A stretch of 64,000 bases of DNA, taken from NCBI GenBank assembly GCA_965224245.1, contig OZ245046.1, positions 5,504,001 through 5,568,000 of the forward strand. Direction: 5' to 3'. How positions within the stretch are numbered: position 1 is the first letter of the stretch; the number at the start of each line of letters is the position of its first letter. The DNA comes from Candidatus Eiseniibacteriota bacterium. Its GTDB lineage: Bacteria > Eisenbacteria > RBG-16-71-46 > CAZAMP01. A program made the translations under genes and the position numbers. Below, piece after piece: positions 1 through 8,702 of this stretch. Below the pieces are notes generated by a model that searched no databases, was not told where the DNA came from, and saw only the letters and a list, made by a program, of their open reading frames with translations.

Positions 1-2944
1 GTCCCGCGACGCTGGTCGCGGTCGTCATCAGGATCGGTCGGGCGCGCTCACTCACCGCCAGCGTGATGGCCGCGCGCGCGTCTGGCGCGCGGCGGGCCAG
101 CCGCCCCGCCCGGTGAACCAGGAGGAGCGCGTTGTTGATCGCGATCCCCGCGAGCAGGATGAGTCCCACGTACGCCGTGCGATCGAACGACGCGCCGGTG
201 ATCCAGAACACCGACACCACGCCGATGAAGCTGAGCGGCACCGACACGATCGCGACGAACGGCAGGAGCAGGCTCTCGAAGAGCGCCGCGCTGACCATGT
301 AGACCAGGAGGATCGCCAGCGCGATCGCGAGGTGGATCTCGCGCTCCTCGCGCGACGACAGAAAGACGCCGAGCCCTTCCTCGAGCGTGTAGCCCGGCGG
401 CAGGGTCGTGTTCTCCACCAGCGTTTGGACGAACTCGTTGCCGATCTTGCGGGGCCCCCGGTACTCGAAACCGACCGAGCGCGAATACTGCTGATTCCGC
501 CGCCAGATCTCCGACGGCGTCGGGCGCTCCTCGATCTCCAGTACCTCGCCGAGCGGAAACGGCGCGAGGTGGTCGGTGTGGACGAGCGTGCGAACGAGCT
601 CGGCCGGGGTGAGCGCATCCCGGCCGGCGTAGGCGACCCGTGCTTCCAGCTCCCCGTCGCGCGTACGCAGCGGCCGTCCCGCCAGGTCGCTGGCGATGGC
701 CGGTCGCACGACGTCCATCAGCTCCGGCATCGAGACGCCCAGCTCGGCGATGCGGGACCGATCCGGAACGGCGGCCAGCTGCACCGCGCCCTCGACGAAG
801 CTGCCGGTCAGGTTCGCATCCACGTTCTTGATGCGGGCGTTGCGCTCGAGCCGCTCTCCGAGATCCTCGGCCAGGCGGGAGAGCGTCAGATAGTCCGGTC
901 CCTCCAGCCGGAGCTGATACGTGGGGGAGACGCTGGCGCCTCCGGCGCTGTAGCCGGGACCCCGCCCCTGGACCGACACCTTCACCCCGGAGACGCCGGC
1001 GGCCAGGAGCGTCATCTCGTCCCGCAGAATCTCGGGGATCGCGGTGCGGACGACTCCGGGGTGAAAGCGCATCGTGGTGGTCGCGCTCCGCTCCCGCACG
1101 TACGTCTCGACCTGCGTCACGTAGCCCTTCTCGACGTACTCGTGAGAGAGTGCCTTCTCCTCGAACGCGCGGATGAGCGCGTCGGCCTGCCGGATCTCGC
1201 CCCCCGGCGGAAACTCGATCGAGACCCGGAGCGACGTGTCGGTGTTCGGGGGAAAGATCGATCCGGTGGGGATCTTCTCCTGAAACACCCAGAGGCTGCC
1301 CACGAGCAGCGAGAGCGCTACCCCCACCGGGACGATCGGCCACCGGAGGAGGCCCCGGAGGACGGCGCGGGCGATCACGGACGTTCGGCGCGCCACCGAT
1401 CCCTCGACGTGCGCGAGCGCGCCGGTCGCGCGCAGGGGACGTTCATCCAGCCCCCAGCGTGAGAGGAGCGGGGTCAGCGTCAGCGCAACCCCCATCGACG
1501 CCAGGAGCGACAGGCAGACCGCCAGCACGAACGGGAGGTAGTAGTCCTTGAGGTCTCCCGAGAGGTAGAGGAACGGCATCAGCACGACGGCGGTCGTGAA
1601 CGTCGCGGCCATCAGCGGAAAGAGCACCTCGCGCGTGGCCGCGAGGGTGATCAGCCGATCGCGGAGGAGCCCGGCGAGCCCCCGCCGGGAATCGGCTCCG
1701 GCGCGGCGCCGCAGCGCGACGTTCTCGAGAATCACGATTGCGTTGTCGACCGCCATGCCGAACGCCAGCGCGAGGCCCGAGAGCGTGACGAGGTTCATGC
1801 CGAGCCCGGCCAGACGGAACAGGAGAAACGTCGCCAGGGCCGAGAAGACCACCGACGTCAGCACGACCAGCGGTGCTCGCACGCGCCGGTGGAACGCCAC
1901 CATCACCAGGAAGATCGCGCCGATCGAGAGCAGCGAGCGCTTCACGAGCACGTCGAGCTCGTCCCGGACGCGCTCGGACTGATCGTGGATCGTCTCGATC
2001 GTGACGCCTTCGGGGAGCGAGGAGCGCATGTCGTCCAGCGCCGAGAGCACGTTCTCGGCGACCGAGATCACGTTCGTGCCGGGCTCGCGTTCGAGCACGA
2101 CCTGCACCGAGGGGACGCCGTCGAGCCGCGAGAGCCGGGTCGGCTCCGCCCAGCCGTCACGCACGCGTGCGACGTCGGCGACCCGGATCGGCATCGCCGT
2201 GGTGACGAACGCGTCGGCGATCGCGGCCACGTCGGGCTCGGGGCGCTCGAGCACCGCCGGGAGACGCGCGCCTCCGGATCGGACCGCGCCGAGGGGCACC
2301 GTGCCCCCGACGCGTGCGAGCACCGCGTCCATCTCCGCCGGCGAGATGAGCCCGCGCTCCACGGCGTCGCGGTCCAGACCCACGTGGATCTCTCGCGGCG
2401 TGCCGCCGTACACGTCCGACCCCGCCACGCCGGGGACGGCCAGGAGTCTCGGCAGCACGCGCTCCTCGAGCAGCCGGCGGAGCGACTCGGCCGTGTAGGG
2501 CCCCCAGGCCTGGAAGACGAGGAAGTCCCCGCCCTCCATGCCGCGCGGCAGTGTCCGCTGGATCGCCGGCGGCGCCAGCTCGACCGGAAGCTCGTCCCGG
2601 ATCGCGGCGAGCCGTTCCCGGAGGAACACCTCGGCCAGGTCCAGATCCGTGCCCCGGGAGAACGCCACCTGCACCTGTGACCAGCCCGGCCCGCTGACCG
2701 ACGCGATCTCCTCGACGTCGCGAAGCTGCTCGGCCTCCGCCTCGGTGGGCGCGGTCACCAGCGCCTCCATCTCGGTCGACGAGGCGTTGGGCCAGACGAG
2801 CGAGACGGTGAGCCGCGGCAGGTCCAGATCCGGCGTCAGCCCGACGGGTAGGTCTCGCAGCGATGCGACGCCGACCAGGAGCAGCGCCACGTACCAGGCG
2901 CCGGTCGCGACGGGACGAGAGAGGGGACCGCCGAGCAGCTTCAT
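1..2944 (-). CDS. RND efflux permease (AcrB/AcrD/AcrF family), C-terminus runs off the window
   Basis: Absent from the ORF track because there is no stop in the window. Manual translation from ATG 2944 gives MKLLGGPLSRPVATGAWYVALLLVGVASLRDLPVGLTPDLDLPRLTV..., with GMAVDNAIVILENV, GIAINNALLLV and RARPILMTTAT. ATGA overlap with the upstream permease. Confidence 0.9.
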   Translation of the reverse strand, partial: MKLLGGPLSRPVATGAWYVALLLVGVASLRDLPVGLTPDLDLPRLTVSLVWPNASSTEMEALVTAPTEAEAEQLRDVEEIASVSGPGWSQVQVAFSRGTDLDLAEVFLRERLAAIRDELPVELAPPAIQRTLPRGMEGGDFLVFQAWGPYTAESLRRLLEERVLPRLLAVPGVAGSDVYGGTPREIHVGLDRDAVERGLISPAEMDAVLARVGGTVPLGAVRSGGARLPAVLERPEPDVAAIADAFVTTAMPIRVADVARVRDGWAEPTRLSRLDGVPSVQVVLEREPGTNVISVAENVLSALDDMRSSLPEGVTIETIHDQSERVRDELDVLVKRSLLSIGAIFLVMVAFHRRVRAPLVVLTSVVFSALATFLLFRLAGLGMNLVTLSGLALAFGMAVDNAIVILENVALRRRAGADSRRGLAGLLRDRLITLAATREVLFPLMAATFTTAVVLMPFLYLSGDLKDYYLPFVLAVCLSLLASMGVALTLTPLLSRWGLDERPLRATGALAHVEGSVARRTSVIARAVLRGLLRWPIVPVGVALSLLVGSLWVFQEKIPTGSIFPPNTDTSLRVSIEFPPGGEIRQADALIRAFEEKALSHEYVEKGYVTQVETYVRERSATTTMRFHPGVVRTAIPEILRDEMTLLAAGVSGVKVSVQGRGPGYSAGGASVSPTYQLRLEGPDYLTLSRLAEDLGERLERNARIKNVDANLTGSFVEGAVQLAAVPDRSRIAELGVSMPELMDVVRPAIASDLAGRPLRTRDGELEARVAYAGRDALTPAELVRTLVHTDHLAPFPLGEVLEIEERPTPSEIWRRNQQYSRSVGFEYRGPRKIGNEFVQTLVENTTLPPGYTLEEGLGVFLSSREEREIHLAIALAILLVYMVSAALFESLLLPFVAIVSVPLSFIGVVSVFWITGASFDRTAYVGLILLAGIAINNALLLVHRAGRLARRAPDARAAITLAVSERARPILMTTATSVAG

Positions 2945-5900
2945 CTGGGCTCCCTTCCCGCAAAGCGTCGACCGGTGATCCCCTCGAACAGGACCGGCAC
3001 CACGATCAGCGTCAGCAGCGTCGCCGACGTGAGCCCGCCGATGACCGTGATCGCCAGCGGCGCCCGGAGCTCGGCGCCCCGGCCCACGAGCATCGGTGCC
3101 AGCGCCAGCGCGGTGGTCGCTGTGGTCATCAGGATGGGGCGGTAGCGCCGGCGGCTCGCGATGAGCACCGCCTCGCGCACGGACCGGCCCTCGCCGACGA
3201 GCCGCCGCATCAGGTCGACCTTCAGGATCGCATCGTTCACCACGATGCCGATCAGGATGACCAGCCCCATTCCCGAGATGACGTTCAGCGTGTTGCCGGT
3301 GATCGCGAGCGAGAGACTCACGCCGACCGCGGCCAGCGGCACCGCAGCGAAGATCACCAGCGGCAGCCGCACCGACTCGAACTGGGCGGCGAGGATCAAC
3401 AGCACCAGACCGGCGGACAGCAGAAACGCCCGCGTGATGCCGCCGAGGGTCTCGCGCATGTCAGTATGTGCCCCGCCGAACTCGGCCACGTAGCCGGGCG
3501 GCAGCGCGGCCTCGTCGATGCCCGCCTCCAGCGCATGCACGACCGTGCTCACGTCGCGAAGCGGACCGTCCCAGCGAATGGTGGCGACGCGTGCCTGGTC
3601 CTCACGAATCAGACGCGCCGGCGCCAGCTCGGTGGCCACGTCGAACAGATCGCGCATCGCGTAGGCGCGACCGCCGGTGACGATCGTCTGCTGCTCGAAC
3701 GCGGTGCCGTCGGCCTGGCGCACGACGACGGGGTTCTCCTCGTCGAACCGGCGGATCCGTGTGGCCTCGACCCCGGACGCGGCGGCCTGGATGGCCGCGA
3801 AGGCCTCGCTCTCGGAGATCGCGCGGCGACGGGCGACGTCCTGGTCGAGGCGAAGCCGAAACCGCGGCTCGGACTCGGCGGCGGCCAGTCGCAGCGGGTG
3901 TCCGCGGTCGTGCATCCGGCTCTCCGCGTGCCCGGCGATCGTGGCGGCCAGCGACTCCGCGGTCGCGTGATCGGGTCCGGAGACCCGGCACGTCAGCGTG
4001 GCGTCGCCGGCCGGCACGAGGGCGGCCAGCTCGGGCCGGTCGTTGGCGACGTCGAGCTGCCATCCCGGCGTGCCCGCGAACCGGACGAGCATCGCCTCCA
4101 CGAGAGCGTCGCGTCCGGAGACGGCATCGCCGCGAAGCCGCGCGCGCAGCGTGCCGCGATTGGCCTGGCGATCGCGCTCCGAGGGATCGAACGTGTCGGC
4201 CGCCCCGACCGACGTGAAGACGCGCTCGACGGCGGGCTGGTCGGACAGCCACTCCTCCACCTGGGCCACGGCGGCGTCGGTGGCCGCGACGTCGGTGCCG
4301 GACGGAAGTCGGAGGCGTACCTCGAGGTTCTCGGTCGCGACCGCGGGGAAGGTCTCGCGCGGCAGCGACGCGACGACGAGGACGCTGTAGGCCAGAATCG
4401 CCGCCGTGACCGCCAGCGTGCGCCGTGGACGATCCAGGGCGTATGCCAGCACGCGGTGGTACCGGTCGTAGAGCGGCAGTCGGGCCGCGCGTGAGGTCCC
4501 CGCCGAGAAGCGTCCGGCCAGCATGGGCAGGAGCGTCAGCGCGACCACGAGGCTCACTCCGAGAGAGACCCCCACCGCGATCGCCTGGTCCCTGAACAGC
4601 TCCCCGACCGCGCCGGGCACGAAGGCGAGGGGCGCGAACACGGCGCACGTGGTCAGCGTCGACGCGAGGATGGGGAGCGCCACCTCGCGCGCGCCGTCGC
4701 CGGCGGCGCGGAGCGAGGGCACTCCCGATGCGCGAAGCCGGTGGATGTTCTCCAGACAGATGATTGCGTTGTCCACGAGCATGCCCACACCCAGCGCGAT
4801 TCCGCCCAGCGACATCAGGTTCAGCGACACGCCGAGCACGTCGAGCACAGAGAACGTGGTGACCACGGAGATCGGCAGCGCGAGGATCAGGAACAGCGGC
4901 GATCGGCCGTCGCGCAGAAACGCCAGCAGCACGAGGTAGGCGAGGAGGCTGCCCATCCAGACCGCCTGCCAGACCCCGGCCAGCGACTGCCGGACGAATG
5001 GAGATGCATCGGCCACCACGGCCACGTCGAAGTCGGGGAACTCGGTGGCCACCTCGGCGAGCCGCTCGTGCACGGCGTCGGCCATGCGCACGAGGTTGGC
5101 ACCGGCCTCTCGCGTCAGGAGGATGCCCACGGCGGGGCGTCCATCCAGACGGCTCCAGCCGCGGGGATCCTCGAAGTCGTCCACGACGCGGGCAACGTCG
5201 GCTACCCGGACGATGCGGTCGCCCTTGCGAGCGACCACGACGTCGGCCACGTCGACGGCGTTGCGGAGGCTCGACTCCACGTCCACCGCGAACCGGATCT
5301 CGCGCCGGCGAAGGTAGCCGCCCGGCGTGTCCACGTTCGCCTCGCCGATCGCGGTCACGAGATCGCGCACGCTGAGATCCAGCGTCTCGAGCCGATCGGG
5401 ATCGGGGATCACGCGGATCTCGCGCTCCGGGGCGCCGACGACGGCCGCCCGGGCGACGCCGTCGATCTGCTCCAGGCGCGGGCGCAGCACGTCCTCCGCC
5501 CACTCGGCCGCGTGTGGGAGGTCCTCGGCGGCCAGCGCCAGCACGATTGCGGGTCGGTCCAGATCCGACGCCCCGAGAATCACCGGTCGCTCGACGCCCT
5601 CGGGCAGGTCCCACCGGACCGTGTCGAGCCGCTCGCGCATGCCGAGCGTGACCAGGTCCGCGTCTGCACCCGGGTACAGGCGGCAGGTGATCGACGCCCC
5701 GCCGGGCACGATCTCGGTGTGCGTGCCGCGGACGCCGCGCACCGTGACGAGCACCTCCTCGATCGGTCGCGCAACGCTCTCCTCGATCTCGTCCACACCC
5801 GCGTCGGCGTAGGGGATCCAGACCGTCAGCGCGGCGGGCCGCACCTCGGGCAGGAGCGTCATCTCGAGGCGGGGGAGGGAGACCGCCCCGAGGAGAACCG

Positions 5901-5961
5901 CGGCCAGGAGGAGCATCGTCGTCGCGATCGGTCGCCTCACGGCGAGCTGCGAGAGGTGCAT
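2941..5961 (-). CDS. RND efflux permease (AcrB/AcrD/AcrF family)
   Basis: Start MHLSQLAVRRPIAT; motifs GMLVDNAIICLENI, GIVVNDAILKVD and RRYRPILMTTATT; about 1006 aa. Confidence 0.93.
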   Translation of the reverse strand: MHLSQLAVRRPIATTMLLLAAVLLGAVSLPRLEMTLLPEVRPAALTVWIPYADAGVDEIEESVARPIEEVLVTVRGVRGTHTEIVPGGASITCRLYPGADADLVTLGMRERLDTVRWDLPEGVERPVILGASDLDRPAIVLALAAEDLPHAAEWAEDVLRPRLEQIDGVARAAVVGAPEREIRVIPDPDRLETLDLSVRDLVTAIGEANVDTPGGYLRRREIRFAVDVESSLRNAVDVADVVVARKGDRIVRVADVARVVDDFEDPRGWSRLDGRPAVGILLTREAGANLVRMADAVHERLAEVATEFPDFDVAVVADASPFVRQSLAGVWQAVWMGSLLAYLVLLAFLRDGRSPLFLILALPISVVTTFSVLDVLGVSLNLMSLGGIALGVGMLVDNAIICLENIHRLRASGVPSLRAAGDGAREVALPILASTLTTCAVFAPLAFVPGAVGELFRDQAIAVGVSLGVSLVVALTLLPMLAGRFSAGTSRAARLPLYDRYHRVLAYALDRPRRTLAVTAAILAYSVLVVASLPRETFPAVATENLEVRLRLPSGTDVAATDAAVAQVEEWLSDQPAVERVFTSVGAADTFDPSERDRQANRGTLRARLRGDAVSGRDALVEAMLVRFAGTPGWQLDVANDRPELAALVPAGDATLTCRVSGPDHATAESLAATIAGHAESRMHDRGHPLRLAAAESEPRFRLRLDQDVARRRAISESEAFAAIQAAASGVEATRIRRFDEENPVVVRQADGTAFEQQTIVTGGRAYAMRDLFDVATELAPARLIREDQARVATIRWDGPLRDVSTVVHALEAGIDEAALPPGYVAEFGGAHTDMRETLGGITRAFLLSAGLVLLILAAQFESVRLPLVIFAAVPLAAVGVSLSLAITGNTLNVISGMGLVILIGIVVNDAILKVDLMRRLVGEGRSVREAVLIASRRRYRPILMTTATTALALAPMLVGRGAELRAPLAITVIGGLTSATLLTLIVVPVLFEGITGRRFAGREPR

Positions 5962-5966
5962 GACGA

Positions 5967-7169
5967 CTACTTCGCCGCGTCGACGAGCGTCACCTTCACG
6001 GGCGCGCCGTGCGCGATCGTGAAGTGACCGTCGACGAGAACGGTGTCCCCGGGGGCGAGCCCCTCGGTCACCTCGACCTCGTGCTCGTTCTCGAGACCCG
6101 TCGACACGTACTGCCACTCGGCGCGCCCCTTCGACGCCCGGAACACGAGCAGCTTCCGGTCTCGCTCGAGGATCGCGCGGCGTGGCACGGCCAGGCGGTC
6201 CTCGTGTCGCGCGGCCTCGATCTCGACCTCGGCGTACATGCCCGGGCGGATCCTGCCGTCGACGTTCGGCAGCTCGATGTACGCGACGCCGGTGCCGGAC
6301 TCTGGATCGCACTCGGGGCTCAGCGCGGTGACCGTGGCCGTGAACGTGTCGTCCGGAAACGCCGCGAACCGGACGCGTGCGGGGGCGCCCGGCACGAGGT
6401 GTCCGAAGTCGCTCTCCAGCACCTCGGCGGGAATCCGGATCGTGGCGAGATCCACGATGGTCACGACCGGCTCGTTGGGGGAGACGTTCTGTCCCACGAC
6501 GGCGTCCACCGAGGCGACGACACCGTCGAAGGGGGCGCGAAGCCGCGTCGAGGCCAGATCCAGCTCCGCGCGTTCGAGCTGAAGCTGCGCTTCGGTCAGA
6601 CCGGCGCGGTTCGCCGCGGCGTTCGCGCGGGTCAGCGCACCCTCGGAGTCGACCGCGGCGGTGTCCCCCAGGACGCGCATCTGATAGTCGACCTCGGCGT
6701 TCGCCTTGCGTGCGGCAGCCTCGCGTTGCGCCAGCTCGTACGGGCGGGCGTCCAGCGCCAGGAGTTCGTCTCCGCGCCGGACCCGGTCGCCCTCGGTGAC
6801 GCTCACGCTCGCGACGCGCTCGCCCACCCGGGCGGAGAGCTCGACGCGGCGTGGCGCCTCCGCGCGACCGCTCGCACGCACCGACAGGACGAACGGGCCG
6901 AGTGAGACCTCGAAGCCCGCGACGGGAAGAGGACGGGATCGACCGGACGAAGTCTCGCGTGATCCATCCGTCGCACGGTCGGGCGAGTCGGATCCGCCGG
7001 CGGGTTCAGCGCCGGCGTTGCCTTCGTCGGTCCGCGCCGACTCCGCGGCGACCGTCCGCTCCGACAGGAACGAGGCGATCGCGTGCCGCGAAGCCGGATG
7101 TCCGGCGAGACCGGCCCCCAGGGCGAGACCCAGTCCGATGCCGATCCCAAGGCGTGTCTTTGGCGTCAT
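5967..7169 (-). CDS. RND periplasmic adaptor (membrane fusion protein)
   Basis: N-terminal TM segment, lipoyl-like halves (VTEGDRVRRGDELL, LRAPFDGVV), RPGMYAEV, GLAPGDTV; GAGAGG RBS before ATG 7169. Confidence 0.92.
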   Translation of the reverse strand: MTPKTRLGIGIGLGLALGAGLAGHPASRHAIASFLSERTVAAESARTDEGNAGAEPAGGSDSPDRATDGSRETSSGRSRPLPVAGFEVSLGPFVLSVRASGRAEAPRRVELSARVGERVASVSVTEGDRVRRGDELLALDARPYELAQREAAARKANAEVDYQMRVLGDTAAVDSEGALTRANAAANRAGLTEAQLQLERAELDLASTRLRAPFDGVVASVDAVVGQNVSPNEPVVTIVDLATIRIPAEVLESDFGHLVPGAPARVRFAAFPDDTFTATVTALSPECDPESGTGVAYIELPNVDGRIRPGMYAEVEIEAARHEDRLAVPRRAILERDRKLLVFRASKGRAEWQYVSTGLENEHEVEVTEGLAPGDTVLVDGHFTIAHGAPVKVTLVDAAK

Positions 7170-7212
7170 GTTGAAGGCCTCTCGGGTTGACGTCGTTCGA
7201 CACGCGTTGATA

Positions 7213-7228
7213 AGCCAGTGTCGTGCCA
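7213..7228 (-). promoter_or_regulatory. sigma-54 (-24/-12) promoter for the RND operon
   Basis: Minus strand TGGCACGACACTGGCT has exact GG-N10-GC spacing, lies about 45 nt upstream of the adaptor ATG, and has an AT-rich tract upstream (about 7236-7275). Confidence 0.7.
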
Positions 7229-7596
7229 TCGAGGTGATTACGGCCGTAAACCTCTATCATGAAATAGAATACAGCCATCGATCGGTGCGCCGCGGTGGCG
7301 GAGTCGTGCTCCCCGATTGGGGAGCCGCGTCCCATTTCGGTCCTCGGTGTCGACGGCGTGTGCGTCGCGAACGGCCCGGTGCTCACCGCGAGAAGAGCGC
7401 AACGCCCGGCGTCTCCGTGCACCCAGCCGGTGTCCGGGGCGAGCACGAGCTCTGCGAGGCCCTCGCATCGATCGGGACGTGCGGGGACATTCATCCCAAC
7501 GCCCCGCTCCTCGACCGCGGATGGACGACGAGTGATAGACTTACCCGTGATGTCCCGGACGCCCAACGAGCGCGCCCGGGCTCGCGGGAGGGCGAC

Positions 7597-8640
7597 ATGC
7601 GCACGACGACACGCTCCCGGTCCGCCGTCTCCCCCTGGTGGACGGCGCTGCTCTTGCTGCCAGTCCACGATCTCTGTCACGCCCAGACGCTCCCGTATGC
7701 CCTGTCGGCGACGGTGGAGCCGTACGCGTCGCAGGACGGGTGTGAGCCACGGTACGGATGCGACGGGGAGACCGCGGGCGAAGAGCCCGGCACGTACCTG
7801 TTCGGCGTGAACCTGAACCCCTACGACATGTGGTTCCCGGTGGATGCGGTGCGGCTGACACCGACGTGGCCGAGCGAGTGGACCGTCCTCGACGCGTGGA
7901 GCTGTGGCGGGACCATCGTGTCGGGTGATCCCTCGCTCCCGTCCAGTGCTCTGGAGATCGCACTCGACGCGTGCATACCGCCCACCGACGTGACCGAGCG
8001 GCCGCCGATCCTCCAGCTCCTGATCGACTGCACGGTCCCGGGACGCTTCTCGTTCGATCTGTCTCCGGAGCCCATGCTCCGCACCTGTGAGCTGGAGGGG
8101 TGGATGGAGTATCCACCGGGCATCTGGACCGACGAGTTCTGGTTCACCGATCGGATCGAGATCGGGGACTTCTGCGGGCGACTGGTGTTTCGGCCGTGCG
8201 ACTACTGTGACTCGGGGCACCACCTCGCCGGGTCGTTCCGCACCGATCCGATCGACCGCGTGCTGATGCGCGGCGCAACCCTGACCGACACCGTCCGGGT
8301 GCACGATCGGTTCTGCGGTGGACCCCCCGCCGAGTGCGGCGGCATCCAGTACAGCGATCCGTGCGTACGTTCCCTCCGGGCCGACGAGCCGTGGATCGCC
8401 ATCGAGTCGCTCGACACCGACGAGAGCACGGAGAAGCGCTTCGCGGTCACGCTGACGACCGCGGAGCTGGACGTCGGGTCGTACGAGACCCGCCTGCACC
8501 TGCTGGACACCGGCTGCTGGGACTGCGTGTCCACCTGTCAGGAGCTCCGGCTCGAGGTCACTCCGCCGGTCCCCGTCGAGCCGGGCTCGTGGAGTCGGAT
8601 CAAGTCGACGTATTCCCCTCGTCCGGAGAGCGCACGATGA
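7597..8640 (+). CDS. Secreted Cys-rich hypothetical protein with C-terminal 'PVEPGSWSRIKSTY' tail
   Basis: GGAGG RBS, hydrophobic signal-like N-terminus, many Cys, possible Ig/BACON-like segment near the C-terminus. Confidence 0.75.
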   Translation: MRTTTRSRSAVSPWWTALLLLPVHDLCHAQTLPYALSATVEPYASQDGCEPRYGCDGETAGEEPGTYLFGVNLNPYDMWFPVDAVRLTPTWPSEWTVLDAWSCGGTIVSGDPSLPSSALEIALDACIPPTDVTERPPILQLLIDCTVPGRFSFDLSPEPMLRTCELEGWMEYPPGIWTDEFWFTDRIEIGDFCGRLVFRPCDYCDSGHHLAGSFRTDPIDRVLMRGATLTDTVRVHDRFCGGPPAECGGIQYSDPCVRSLRADEPWIAIESLDTDESTEKRFAVTLTTAELDVGSYETRLHLLDTGCWDCVSTCQELRLEVTPPVPVEPGSWSRIKSTYSPRPESAR

Positions 8641-8702
8641 TGGTTGCCGGACGCTGATCGCCGTACGGCCGAGGTGGCCCTCATCGACTCGGAAGGCTCG
8701 GG

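Noticed and set aside
113-6027. Long plus-strand ORFs (113-1462, 2863-4494, 4741-6027) and similar antisense ORFs throughout (e.g. 8538-11000, 25253-27316, 35114-37114)
   Set aside because: Shadow ORFs opposite well-supported genes in GC-rich DNA; Arg/Pro/Ala-rich or motif-free translations
6706-7596. N-terminal extensions of track ORFs (6706-8640, 11173-14007, 41811-43898, 49164-52073 and others)
   Set aside because: They overlap neighbouring genes or promoters; downstream starts with an RBS and signal peptide fit better
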